Shown one piece after another: positions 10,639 to 19,873 of a DNA stretch of 64,000 bases (the first letter of the stretch is position 1; each line of letters begins with the position of its first letter). The stretch comes from Candidatus Omnitrophota bacterium (GTDB lineage Bacteria; Omnitrophota; Omnitrophia; Omnitrophales; JACROU01): NCBI GenBank assembly GCA_016214265.1, contig JACROU010000037.1:3859-67858 (forward strand), read 5' to 3'. The notes below the pieces were generated by a model, which saw only the letters and a program-made list of their open reading frames with translations, was not told the origin of the DNA and did not search any database. Made by a program: the position numbers and the translations under genes.

Positions 10639-11101
10639 TTCAGGTAAAGATCAAAATCTGGAGAAGCCTTTGTACGAAAAGTCTTTGTCGAGACGCGATT
10701 TTATCAGCTGGATTATCAAGGGCGGATTATTTATCACGTTTTTGAGCATGCTATTGCCCGCATTGGAATATATTTGGCCGGTGACTCGCCGTGGTCCAGT
10801 GGGCGGGGCTAATGATGTTGGTCGCGCCGATGACATTCCCGTTGGCAGCGCAAAAAAAGTAGATGTGTCCGGGACTCCGCTCATTTTAATTCACACACCG
10901 CAAGGATTTAATGCCTTCTCGGCGATTTGCACTCACCTTGGTTGTCTGGTGGGGTGGGATTCTCAGAAGCAATTAATTGCCTGCCCCTGTCATGCGGGAT
11001 TATTTGATACAACAGGCAGAGTGGTGGCGGGCCCGCCGCCAAGACCTTTGGCTTCTTATCCGGTGAATGTTGTGGATGGAAAAATTTTTATTAAACTCTA
11101 A
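10631..11101 (+). CDS. Rieske [2Fe-2S] protein of a Rieske/cytochrome b complex
   Basis: Tat motif SRRDFI with TM anchor; CTHLGC and CPCH boxes; GPPPRPL. Confidence 0.93.
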   Translation: MSDSGKDQNLEKPLYEKSLSRRDFISWIIKGGLFITFLSMLLPALEYIWPVTRRGPVGGANDVGRADDIPVGSAKKVDVSGTPLILIHTPQGFNAFSAICTHLGCLVGWDSQKQLIACPCHAGLFDTTGRVVAGPPPRPLASYPVNVVDGKIFIKL

Positions 11102-11124
11102 AACTCATTTTCAAAAAAATCCTC

Positions 11125-12294
11125 ATGATCAAACAATTTATTCAAAAGTGGTTTGAAGAGCGGTTTGACGTAGAGCAAATCAAACAGCCGCTAAAAAAGC
11201 AGATTGAGAAACCGCTTCCCCCGAACGTGGGTTGGCTTCACACACTGGGCAGTATGTCGTTGATCCTTTTTGTCAGTCAAGTCCTCACAGGGATTTTGCT
11301 GCTAATTTACTATCGTCCAACGGTCAACGAGGCGTTTGAAAGTGTGAAGTTCATCATGTCCAAAGCCTACATGGGATGGCTGTACCGGCAAATTCATGCC
11401 TGGGGCTCCAATCTCATGATCTTGATCGTATTTCTGCATATGCTGCGGACTTATATCATGGGATCTTTCAAGAAACCACGCGAGTTAACCTGGGTTTTTG
11501 GCGTTCTGCTTTTCTTTATAACACTTACTTTTGGTTTTACCGGATATCTTCTTCCCTGGAATCAGTTGTCATATTGGGCAACAACGGTGGGGACGGAACT
11601 GGCTGGGGGGGTTCCCTGGATTGGCTTGTTTATTAAAACCTTGCTGAGGGGAGGCCAGTCGGTGGGCGGTGAGACGCTTTCCCGTTTCTTTGTTGTGCAT
11701 GTCATCATATTGCCTTGGGCGCTTTTTTTCCTGATCATCATTCACATTTTTCTTGTTCGCTTTCAGGGAATTTCAACCATGGAGCCGGTTGGTGAGGAAA
11801 AGAAAGTTAAGCCCGATGAAGGAATTCCATTCTATCCCCATCATGCATTAAAAGAAGGCGTTGTGTTTTATCTTTTAATGGCCGTCCTGATTACGCTATC
11901 GATTTTAGTTCCTTTTGAGTTGGGAGAAAAAGCTGATCCCCTCCAAACGCCGGCTGGTATCAAACCCGAATGGTATTTTTTGCCCATGTATCAGGTGCTG
12001 AAATATTTCCCCAAAATGATAGGTATCTTTGTCGTTGGTTTGGCGCCGCTATTTTTGCTGTTCTGGGCTTTTTTGGATAACAGTAAACAACGCAATCCTC
12101 TTAAAAGACCCTTTTCGATAACGTTTTGCATTCTTGTCCTTATATCTCTGGTTGTGTTCGGAGTGATGGGGGCGTATTCAGAAACTAAAGTAACTTTATT
12201 TGGCAAAACTTACGATGTGGATGTGTACGGCGTTCCTCATCTGGCCGCCGCAAATATTATCGATCAAATTAATCCCGAGAAATCAACGACATGA
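11125..12294 (+). CDS. Cytochrome b (unsplit b6 + subunit IV type)
   Basis: Heme b ligand segments IHAW, LHMLR and VHV..IH; GFTGYLLPWNQ; PEWY Qo motif. Confidence 0.93.
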   Translation: MIKQFIQKWFEERFDVEQIKQPLKKQIEKPLPPNVGWLHTLGSMSLILFVSQVLTGILLLIYYRPTVNEAFESVKFIMSKAYMGWLYRQIHAWGSNLMILIVFLHMLRTYIMGSFKKPRELTWVFGVLLFFITLTFGFTGYLLPWNQLSYWATTVGTELAGGVPWIGLFIKTLLRGGQSVGGETLSRFFVVHVIILPWALFFLIIIHIFLVRFQGISTMEPVGEEKKVKPDEGIPFYPHHALKEGVVFYLLMAVLITLSILVPFELGEKADPLQTPAGIKPEWYFLPMYQVLKYFPKMIGIFVVGLAPLFLLFWAFLDNSKQRNPLKRPFSITFCILVLISLVVFGVMGAYSETKVTLFGKTYDVDVYGVPHLAAANIIDQINPEKSTT

Positions 12295-13790
12295 GTGAAG
12301 AAAAGAAACGAAATATTTATTTTCGAAACTGGATGAGTGTTATCGGCGGAATTCTCTCCGTAATTTTGTTTGCCGTTATTTTATTTCTGTTCGTTTTAGA
12401 CTTCCTTGATAAAGGGTTGAACCCTTATTTGGGAATTTTTACCTACGTTGTTGTGCCGGTTTTTTTGGTGATCAGTCTTTTGATGATTCCCATCGGCGCC
12501 TGGCGCGAGCGTGCACGATTTAAAAAACTTGGCCATGTTCAGCAATTTCCCCAGATTGATTTTAATAATCCCACACACCAGAAGATAGCATTTGCGGCTT
12601 GGGGCGTAGTTACGCTGTTTCTTCTTTTTTCAATGGTGGGTGCGTACCGGGCTTACGAGTTTTCGGAGTCTGTCACTTTTTGCGGGCGCACCTGTCATGG
12701 CGTGATGGGACCGGAATATATTGCGTACAAAAATTCCCCGCACGCGCATGTAGCCTGTGTGGAATGCCACATTGGGCCTGGGATTGACTGGTATATCCGT
12801 TCAAAACCTTCCGGAGCCCGTCAGGCTTATTTAACTCTTACAAACCGTTTTAATCGTCCTATTCCAACACCGATAAAGACGCTTCGCCCTGCTCGCGAAA
12901 CTTGTGAGCATTGCCATTGGCCCGAGCAGTTTTACGGGGATAAAGAAGTAAATCATAAATACTTTCTGCCTGATGAAACGAACACAGAATGGAAGGCTCG
13001 ATTACTTGTCCATGTGGGCGGTGCCAAGCCTCGTTATGGGCAGGGTGAAGGCATTCACTGGCATATGAAAGTTAATAATCAGGTTTATTACATCGCCACG
13101 GATGAGAAGAAAGAAAACATTCCATGGGTGCGGCAGATCAATCCTGATGGTAAAGAAGAGATATTTGTTGAAGAAAAATCCGGATACAGCGCTTCGAATC
13201 CGCCAAAAGGTGAAATCAAATTAATGGATTGTATGGATTGTCACAATCGCCCAAGCCATCACTTCAAAGCGCCATCGGAGTCCGTAAATGAAGCGATGGG
13301 CTTTGGACAGATTGACAGTTCACTGCCTTATATAAAACGTGAGGCGGTGAAAGCCTTGGTGGGGAATTACAAATCGAACTCAGAAGCAAAAGCCGAAATT
13401 CGCAAACGTCTCGAGACTTTTTACCGGGAAAAATACCCCGCAATTTGGGAGTCGAAAGGTAAAGAATTGCAGAGCAGTATTGACCGGGTGATTAATATTT
13501 ATAATGTCAACTTTTTCCCAGAAATGAAAACGTCATGGAAGGTGCATCCCAACAATATTGGGCATTTCATCTCTACGGGATGTTTTCGCTGCCACGATGA
13601 CAAACACAAAACTGCGGAAGGTAAAGTGATCCGGAAAGATTGTGCTATGTGTCATGCGATTATTGAGCAGGGCAAACCGGAGTTACTGGAAACTGCTGTG
13701 GCCGGGGTTGAATTCAAGCATCCCGAGGATATTGGCGAGGAATGGAAAGAGACGAAATGTTCTGATTGCCATACTGGCGAACTGGCTTAG
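12291..13790 (+). CDS. NapC/NirT-like membrane multiheme cytochrome c (7 heme motifs)
   Basis: Three N-terminal TMs, then FCGRTCH, SPHAHVACVECH and five more CxxCH motifs. Confidence 0.85.
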   Translation: MSEEKKRNIYFRNWMSVIGGILSVILFAVILFLFVLDFLDKGLNPYLGIFTYVVVPVFLVISLLMIPIGAWRERARFKKLGHVQQFPQIDFNNPTHQKIAFAAWGVVTLFLLFSMVGAYRAYEFSESVTFCGRTCHGVMGPEYIAYKNSPHAHVACVECHIGPGIDWYIRSKPSGARQAYLTLTNRFNRPIPTPIKTLRPARETCEHCHWPEQFYGDKEVNHKYFLPDETNTEWKARLLVHVGGAKPRYGQGEGIHWHMKVNNQVYYIATDEKKENIPWVRQINPDGKEEIFVEEKSGYSASNPPKGEIKLMDCMDCHNRPSHHFKAPSESVNEAMGFGQIDSSLPYIKREAVKALVGNYKSNSEAKAEIRKRLETFYREKYPAIWESKGKELQSSIDRVINIYNVNFFPEMKTSWKVHPNNIGHFISTGCFRCHDDKHKTAEGKVIRKDCAMCHAIIEQGKPELLETAVAGVEFKHPEDIGEEWKETKCSDCHTGELA

Positions 13791-13798
13791 CGCAGTTA

Positions 13799-13842
13799 TG
13801 TGACCTTCGTCACAGTTTTAAACCGGGTTCTCTCGCTATAAT
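13799..13842 (+). promoter_or_regulatory. Crp/Fnr-type box with class II-like promoter
   Basis: TGTGA-CCTTCG-TCACA at 13799-13814; TATAAT at 13837-13842. Confidence 0.75.
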
Positions 13843-13967
13843 TCGCTCTTGTCTTTGGAATTAGAGAACATTCCCATCGAATAGATTATTCGGTCGCACG
13901 TCTTATTAATTACAAAAGTTTTCGTTTTTCTATCAAAGTAGGCGAAGCGCAAACAAGGAGGATAGCG

Positions 13968-14522
13968 ATGAAGTCAGGTTATTTGTTGCCACAATTATTA
14001 AGGAGCTTTCTGGTTTTAACTGTTTTTGCTTTTTTGGCCACCCCCGTAGCTTTTGCCGCTGATCATGAATATGTCGGGGCGGCAAAATGCGGAATTTGCC
14101 ATAAGAAACCAGAGCAGGGCGAACAATATCGTATTTGGCAGGAATCAAAACATGCCAAGGCTTTTGAAGCACTGGGAACTCCCGAGGCAAAAGAAGTCGG
14201 CGCTAAACTGGGAATTGATGATCCTCAAAAGAGCGGAAAATGTTTGAAATGTCATTCCACGGCTTATGGACATACAGAACAAGTTGTTACGGATGCGATC
14301 CCGGTTGAAGAAGGCGTTTCTTGCGAAACATGCCATGGTGCCGGAAAAGATTATATGAAAAAGAGCGTCATGGAAGATGTTAACGCCGCGAAAGAAGCGG
14401 GATTAATTATTCCGGATGAGGCGACTTGCACAAAATGCCACAATTCGGAGAGCCCGACGTTCAAGCCGTTTGATTACAAAGAACGTTATGAGAAAATTAA
14501 ACATCCTAAACCCAATAAATAA
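13968..14522 (+). CDS. Cytochrome c554-like periplasmic tetraheme cytochrome
   Basis: Signal peptide; YVGAAKCGICH, W..SKHAKAF, CLKCH, EGVSCETCHG and CTKCH. Confidence 0.88.
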   Translation: MKSGYLLPQLLRSFLVLTVFAFLATPVAFAADHEYVGAAKCGICHKKPEQGEQYRIWQESKHAKAFEALGTPEAKEVGAKLGIDDPQKSGKCLKCHSTAYGHTEQVVTDAIPVEEGVSCETCHGAGKDYMKKSVMEDVNAAKEAGLIIPDEATCTKCHNSESPTFKPFDYKERYEKIKHPKPNK

Positions 14523-14551
14523 AATTTAACTAACGATACGTTTTCCTCCGT

Positions 14552-14624
14552 AAACGCCTCCTGGCGAAGAGTACAGAAATGAAAAGACTTCGTTTCTGCA
14601 AACTTCGTTCAGGGGGCGTTTTTA
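14552..14624 (+). terminator. Long imperfect hairpin with T-tract (probable intrinsic terminator)
   Basis: AAACGCCTCCTG...CAGGGGGCGTTT with nested paired segments, followed by a T run. Confidence 0.6.
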
Positions 14625-14704
14625 TTTGTGATTGTGTAACCCGTGTCATTGGCACAAGTTGTAATCCTGGGGTACTATTTAGGTGGATTGAGTGGGAGGA
14701 TGGC

Positions 14705-15628
14705 ATGACAGAAGAAATGGAGTATTTTCAAAAATACCGTTCGCTCTATGAAGAGGCGGTGTTGCGGTATGTTTGTACCCGCTGCATTGACTTTGGAAAT
14801 GATGGCGTTTGTCATTCTGAAGATCCAAAAGGGTGTGCGGTATTCCGCTATTTGCCCGAATTGATAGCAATTGCAAGACGTATTCACGAACCCAGTATTG
14901 TCCCTTACGTTGATGCCGTGCGTCAAACTGTGTGTGTGCATTGCCGGGCCTTAACCCCTGAGGGGATGTGCCCATTGCGTGCCAAATTAGATTGCGGATT
15001 GGACCGCTACTTAATTCTTGTTATCGAAGCAATGGGGAAAGTGGATGCAATTTTGAAGAATGAGGAAAAAGACAGAGATAGATTGAGTAATGAATCGAAA
15101 AACATCACGTCACTTTTGATCCAACGTTGCCGGAGGGTGTTGGATAGAATTTTTTCATTGGATGAAATGCTGAGAGGATTTTGTTATTCAGGAGAGACGG
15201 CTTATCAGGAAAATTTAATACAAATGAATGAAGTTTCAAAATTTTTCTCAAGATTTTTCTCAAGAGAATGGAACAAGCATATGACGATTGAAAAGGAAAT
15301 ATTGTTTCCGTTTGCGATTGCACATTTGCCGCAAATAAGGCCGGCTATAGATTTTCTGGAATCAAAACACGCTGAATACAGAAAAAAACTTCAAGAATTA
15401 AGAACGCGATATGATGATTTTAAATGGGCAGTAGGTGATGAAGGGAGGAAAAAAGCGGTAGAAAAATTTCAAAATCTCGGAATTTCTTTGGCCAAGCTAT
15501 TCAATGAGTACATTGAGATTGAAGCAAAGAATGTGTATAAAGTGTTGGATCGCGAGCTTTCAGAAGATGACAAATTGGAGCTTATGAGAAAAATTTATCT
15601 CCGCAATGTCAGTCGTAGAGCGGCATAA
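14705..15628 (+). CDS. Tandem Cys-repeat domain fused to a degenerate hemerythrin-like domain
   Basis: GGAGG precedes ATG 14705. Two CxxC-x8-C-x7-C repeats, then HMTIEKEILFP; C-terminal half resembles 52196..52720. Confidence 0.7.
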   Translation: MTEEMEYFQKYRSLYEEAVLRYVCTRCIDFGNDGVCHSEDPKGCAVFRYLPELIAIARRIHEPSIVPYVDAVRQTVCVHCRALTPEGMCPLRAKLDCGLDRYLILVIEAMGKVDAILKNEEKDRDRLSNESKNITSLLIQRCRRVLDRIFSLDEMLRGFCYSGETAYQENLIQMNEVSKFFSRFFSREWNKHMTIEKEILFPFAIAHLPQIRPAIDFLESKHAEYRKKLQELRTRYDDFKWAVGDEGRKKAVEKFQNLGISLAKLFNEYIEIEAKNVYKVLDRELSEDDKLELMRKIYLRNVSRRAA

Positions 15629-15631
15629 TCC

Positions 15632-16390
15632 ATGTCCGCATTTTTTTCTTCCAGACGACAAGAACAAGATCTTTACGTTGACACTAATTACAAAATCATT
15701 TTCGACGATGACTGTTTAATGGTAGTTGAAAAGCCCGCACCGCTTCCGGTCCACCGTGTCGGTCGTTTCCTCGAAAAAAATTTACTCTCGCTTCTCGAAA
15801 AAAATTTATCTCGCGAGACGGGTTCTTTGCATATCGTGAACCGCCTTGATTCAGAAACCAGCGGATTGGTGCTTGTTGCAAAGACACGTCAATCAGCGGC
15901 TCATTTGAAATCGCAGTTTCAAAATCGAAACGTGAAGAAAGAATATGCGGCTATCGTTTTCGGAATTCCAAAAAGTAAACGAGGGCGGATTGCCTTGCCG
16001 CTTGGAGCCGATATCCAGAATACGTTTCATCTGACGGTGCCTGATCCTGCCGGTCAAAGCGCAGAGACGTGTTATGAGATGATCGAAGAAAGGGAAGGAT
16101 ATGCCTTGCTGCGAGTCGAGCCGCTTACTGGGCGAACGCATCAAATTCGCGCGCATTTGGCTTCGATCGGACATCCGATTGTGGGCGATAAAATTTATAT
16201 CGACCTGTCAATTTATGAGCGGTATGTTCAGGAAGGGTGGCGGGAGGAAATGCTTGAGAAAATGAAATTACCGCGCCTGGCTTTGCATGCGACGGGTCTT
16301 GAATTTCGACATCCGTTGAGTGAGATAAAAATGATGTTTCAGAGCGAACTGCCGCCGATTCTCAAAAAATTCCCCTGTTTTTTGCCGTGA
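15632..16390 (+). CDS. RluA-family pseudouridine synthase
   Basis: VNRLDSETSG, TGRTHQIRAH, HPIVGDKIY and LALHA. Confidence 0.95.
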   Translation: MSAFFSSRRQEQDLYVDTNYKIIFDDDCLMVVEKPAPLPVHRVGRFLEKNLLSLLEKNLSRETGSLHIVNRLDSETSGLVLVAKTRQSAAHLKSQFQNRNVKKEYAAIVFGIPKSKRGRIALPLGADIQNTFHLTVPDPAGQSAETCYEMIEEREGYALLRVEPLTGRTHQIRAHLASIGHPIVGDKIYIDLSIYERYVQEGWREEMLEKMKLPRLALHATGLEFRHPLSEIKMMFQSELPPILKKFPCFLP

Positions 16391-16424
16391 CTTTCATGTC
16401 CCTGGTAGATAAAATTTCCTCACT

Positions 16425-16994
16425 ATGGCAAATTTTTGGCATTGGCTGATTATTCAAGACCAAAGTTTCTTTCTTGCCGCGAATCATTTTCTGAATCAAA
16501 TTCCAGGATCCGAATACATTCTTGGATGGCCGACAATTTTGGGTCAGCCTCGATTTGCTCTTCCGCTCGCGGCCATATTTTTGTTTTTCGGGGATCGACC
16601 GAGATGGTGGCGAGTTTTCCTGATTGTATCAGCAGCCTACGTAATTTCAGGGGGCGCTTCGGAACTTCTTAAAGACCTTATACAGCGCGATCGTCCTTTC
16701 GAAACTTTTTCATCTGTTTGTACCCATTTCAAGTTGCCGACTACGAAGGCGTTTCCTTCCGGACATGTCGTCGTGGTGACCTGTGTGATTTTCGTGCTGA
16801 ATCAAATTTATAGCAATAAGCTGGTATGGTGTTATTTGTTAGTTTTTTGGATGGCGATAACCCGGATTTATGTTGGCGTGCATTATCCGTTGGATGTGAT
16901 CGCGGGTTTTTTTGTGGGGTTGACCGGAAGTTGGATCAGCTTGCGGCTTTTTCGAAGATCGGTGATCGGGGCAGAGCATGACAAAAGAAAATAA
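16425..16994 (+). CDS. PAP2-family membrane phosphatase
   Basis: K-x6-RP, FPSGH and TRIYVGVHYPLDV. Confidence 0.92.
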   Translation: MANFWHWLIIQDQSFFLAANHFLNQIPGSEYILGWPTILGQPRFALPLAAIFLFFGDRPRWWRVFLIVSAAYVISGGASELLKDLIQRDRPFETFSSVCTHFKLPTTKAFPSGHVVVVTCVIFVLNQIYSNKLVWCYLLVFWMAITRIYVGVHYPLDVIAGFFVGLTGSWISLRLFRRSVIGAEHDKRK

Positions 16995-17046
16995 CGGAAG
17001 CGTCGATAATTAGACAGATGTTTATCCAAGTAACAAAGGAGGCGCA

Positions 17047-17463
17047 ATGTCGAATCCGTTTGAAGATATAAATTTTGCGGCTATTTTTTTTGCAGCTCTG
17101 GTTGGATTTGCTTTGGGATGGCTCTGGTATTCCCCATTTCTATTTGGAAAAATTTGGTGTGAAGAAGCCAAAGTAAAAGAAGAAGATATGAAGAAGAAAA
17201 ATAAGACTATTCTTCTTGCCAGCACATTCGGATTAACGCTTATTGCCGCCTTTATTCTTTCATCTTTCGTTGAAATTGCAGGTGCCAGCGGCGCTCTTTC
17301 GGGAGGAATTATTGGTCTTCTGGCGGGCGGGGGTTTTGTTGCGACAGCGGTTGCTACGAATTATCTTTTCGATGTCAAATCGATGAAAATGTTTTTTATT
17401 AATGCCGGACATCATGTGGCCTGTTATGTGGCGATGGGCACTGTTCTTGGAATGATGAGCTAA
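17047..17463 (+). CDS. DUF1761-family membrane protein
   Basis: GWLWYSPFLFGKIW and INAGH motifs; four TMs. Confidence 0.8.
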   Translation: MSNPFEDINFAAIFFAALVGFALGWLWYSPFLFGKIWCEEAKVKEEDMKKKNKTILLASTFGLTLIAAFILSSFVEIAGASGALSGGIIGLLAGGGFVATAVATNYLFDVKSMKMFFINAGHHVACYVAMGTVLGMMS

Positions 17464-17595
17464 CCAACAAGAGAAGATAGTTGCTTTCCTGCCTATTTGG
17501 GGAAGGTAGAATTGTAGTAGAGGATTGATTAGGGATGTTAGCCCGGCTGATGAGAATGCTTTTTGGTGGAAACGAGAGTCCTGGGAGGGACGCGT

Positions 17596-18843
17596 TTAGC
17601 GCTCGAGGGTGTTCAAGCCGGGCTTTATTTTTAGCCCAACCAGAACCATCAGAAAAAGAATCGCGCCTGTAGCTGCAAACGGAAGACGATGCGCAACAGC
17701 GTAAAGAAAACCTCCCCAAGTCGGTCCAATCACGCGTCCAAGTGATGCCATTCCTTGCGAAATTCCCATCGTAGCGCCTACCTGAGAAGGATCCGCCTCT
17801 TTCGAAATCAGGCTCGACAACGTCGGAATGACCAAACTCCAGCCGATGGCCATTATTGCCAGAAAAAGAATCAGAATATTTTTTGAATGTGCTACAGAAA
17901 CAAGTGAAAATCCGGCGCTCATAAAAACGGCTCCGGAAAGAAATAAAACTTCCTCACTAAATCGTTTCAAAAGCATCCGGATCAACCCGCCTTGAACCAC
18001 GACATTAATCAATCCCATGAAGGCAAACATAAATCCGACATTTTCTGCCGAGACCTTAAATGACGATTCGCAGAAAAGCGGGAATGAGCTGTAAAGACTG
18101 GATTGTCCGAAACTCGACAGCAGCATGCAGCCGATCAGCATGGGGAAGAGAAATGGCACGCGGGATTTTTTGTCATGAAAAATCATATTCCAGAATTGAG
18201 GAGTGAAAATACTTATTTTCACCAGTTTGCCGTTGTCCGCAGGAGTTTTGCCGACTGTTTCGGGAAGTTTAAACATAACCAACAGGAAACTTACCGTTGA
18301 CATCAAGGCTGCAAAAAATCCGGGAATCGCAAAACGGTTATGCTCCGAGATGTGAAACAGTTTCATAAAAGCCGGATGAATCAAAACCGAAGCAATGGCA
18401 GGCCCAAGTAAAAATCCGATGCCAAACGCGGCGCCGATCAATCCCATGCCTTTGGCGCGGTCTTCTGGAGTGGTGACGTCTGCGACGTAAGCCTGAGCGG
18501 TAGAAATATTCCCCCCCATGATGCCGGCAATTAGACGTGATAAGAAAAGGATAAACAATGAATGGGCGAGGCCGAATAACACATAGGCGATGGCGGCTCC
18601 GAACGTACTGATTAGCATAATCGGCCGCCGGCCAATGCGGTCCGAAAGCCCACCCCAAATTGGCGCAAACACAAGTTGGGCAAACGAGTAGATGCTGTAG
18701 AGCAGTCCAATAGTGACCGGTGAAGCGTTAAAGGCTGAGGCGTAAAAGGGAAGCAGGGGAAGTACAATACCGAATCCCATCAAATCAATAAGGACGGCGA
18801 GGAAAACGGTTATAAGTGCTCCTGAATTTTTTTTCATCGGCAT
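17596..18843 (-). CDS. TetA/DHA1-type MFS transporter
   Basis: GGLSDRIGRRP (motif A), AQAYVADVT and GAAFGIGFLLGP. Confidence 0.92.
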   Translation of the reverse strand: MPMKKNSGALITVFLAVLIDLMGFGIVLPLLPFYASAFNASPVTIGLLYSIYSFAQLVFAPIWGGLSDRIGRRPIMLISTFGAAIAYVLFGLAHSLFILFLSRLIAGIMGGNISTAQAYVADVTTPEDRAKGMGLIGAAFGIGFLLGPAIASVLIHPAFMKLFHISEHNRFAIPGFFAALMSTVSFLLVMFKLPETVGKTPADNGKLVKISIFTPQFWNMIFHDKKSRVPFLFPMLIGCMLLSSFGQSSLYSSFPLFCESSFKVSAENVGFMFAFMGLINVVVQGGLIRMLLKRFSEEVLFLSGAVFMSAGFSLVSVAHSKNILILFLAIMAIGWSLVIPTLSSLISKEADPSQVGATMGISQGMASLGRVIGPTWGGFLYAVAHRLPFAATGAILFLMVLVGLKIKPGLNTLER

Positions 18844-18960
18844 CTGTGATTCCTGATTCATGGCCGCGCATGATATCAAAGAAATCATGCAAATCAAATA
18901 TGGACTTTAATTTTTTGGAATTCGTTATTATGATAACCGTCCATAAATAAGGAGAAGCGA

Positions 18961-19635
18961 ATGACTATGTCGACACAAAAACATAATGGAATAATCAGTC
19001 CCGAGGTCTTGTTGCAACAGCTCCGCTGGCGATATGCAGTAAAAAAGTTTGATGTTACCCGGAAAATTCCAGCGGATATCTGGCACGCCCTCGAAAAAAC
19101 GCTTGTACTCAGCCCCTCTTCATTCGGTCTTCAGCCTTGGAAATTTATCGTGGTTCAAGATCCGGCATTGCGCGAACGGCTCCTGCCGGTGTCCTGGAAA
19201 CAATCTCAAATTGTGGACGCGTCCCATTTGGTGGCATTTGCGCACAAAAAAGATATGAACGCGCATGATGTAGAGCGTTATGTGAAGCATACAGCAAAGG
19301 TACGTGAAATTCCCGCGGAGTCATTGGAAGGATACAAGCAATTGATGCTGGGGTTCGTTGGCCGGGCCGGCAAGGGATTTGATATTAATGATTGGGCCGC
19401 GCGTCAGCTGTATATCGCATTGGGAAATTTCTTAACGGCCTCCGCGGTGTTGGGCATCGATACCTGCCCGATTGAAGGCATTGACCCGAAGCAATATGAT
19501 GAAATTCTGGGGCTGGATAAGCAGGGATATCACGTGGTGTTTGTTGCCGCAGCCGGGTATCGCTCGAAGGAAGATGCTTCTGCGGCTCATCCCAAGGTGC
19601 GTTATGCCCACGAAGATGTTGTGGAATATCGTTAA
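18961..19635 (+). CDS. NAD(P)H nitroreductase (NfsB-like)
   Basis: WRYAVKKFD, SPSSFGLQPW and GIDTCPIEG. Confidence 0.92.
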   Translation: MTMSTQKHNGIISPEVLLQQLRWRYAVKKFDVTRKIPADIWHALEKTLVLSPSSFGLQPWKFIVVQDPALRERLLPVSWKQSQIVDASHLVAFAHKKDMNAHDVERYVKHTAKVREIPAESLEGYKQLMLGFVGRAGKGFDINDWAARQLYIALGNFLTASAVLGIDTCPIEGIDPKQYDEILGLDKQGYHVVFVAAAGYRSKEDASAAHPKVRYAHEDVVEYR

Positions 19636-19873
19636 AATTGTGAAAAATTGACAATTTTGTCATTCTGAGATCAGGACCCGTTCTGGAAAAAGTAGAGCTG
19701 TCCCTGGTTCGCCTACGTGCTTCCTTAACGTCCCCTCTGGCACTATTTTTGCTATTCTCTACAAAGGCTTATTTTTTGTTGCCTGAGCCTTCCCAAGGGG
19801 CTAACATACGTGCTCCTTTTCTCGGGACAGTTTTTTCGAAAAACCACAAACCAATCAAGAAGGGAAAATTAAC

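Noticed and set aside
13968-14522. c554 plus NapC as an ammonia-oxidation or anammox (HAO) module
   Set aside because: No hao, amo or hzs genes are in the window, and c554-like domains are widespread.
1-15628. Magnetosome island (feoAB, hemerythrins, multihemes)
   Set aside because: No mam, mad or mms genes, MamK actin, CDF transporters or magnetochrome/PDZ proteins were recognised.
19636-19660. Rex operator (TTGTGAAAAATTGACAA) upstream of glnN
   Set aside because: Spacing is one base short of the Rex consensus and the site abuts the upstream stop codon; more likely a weak terminator or chance.
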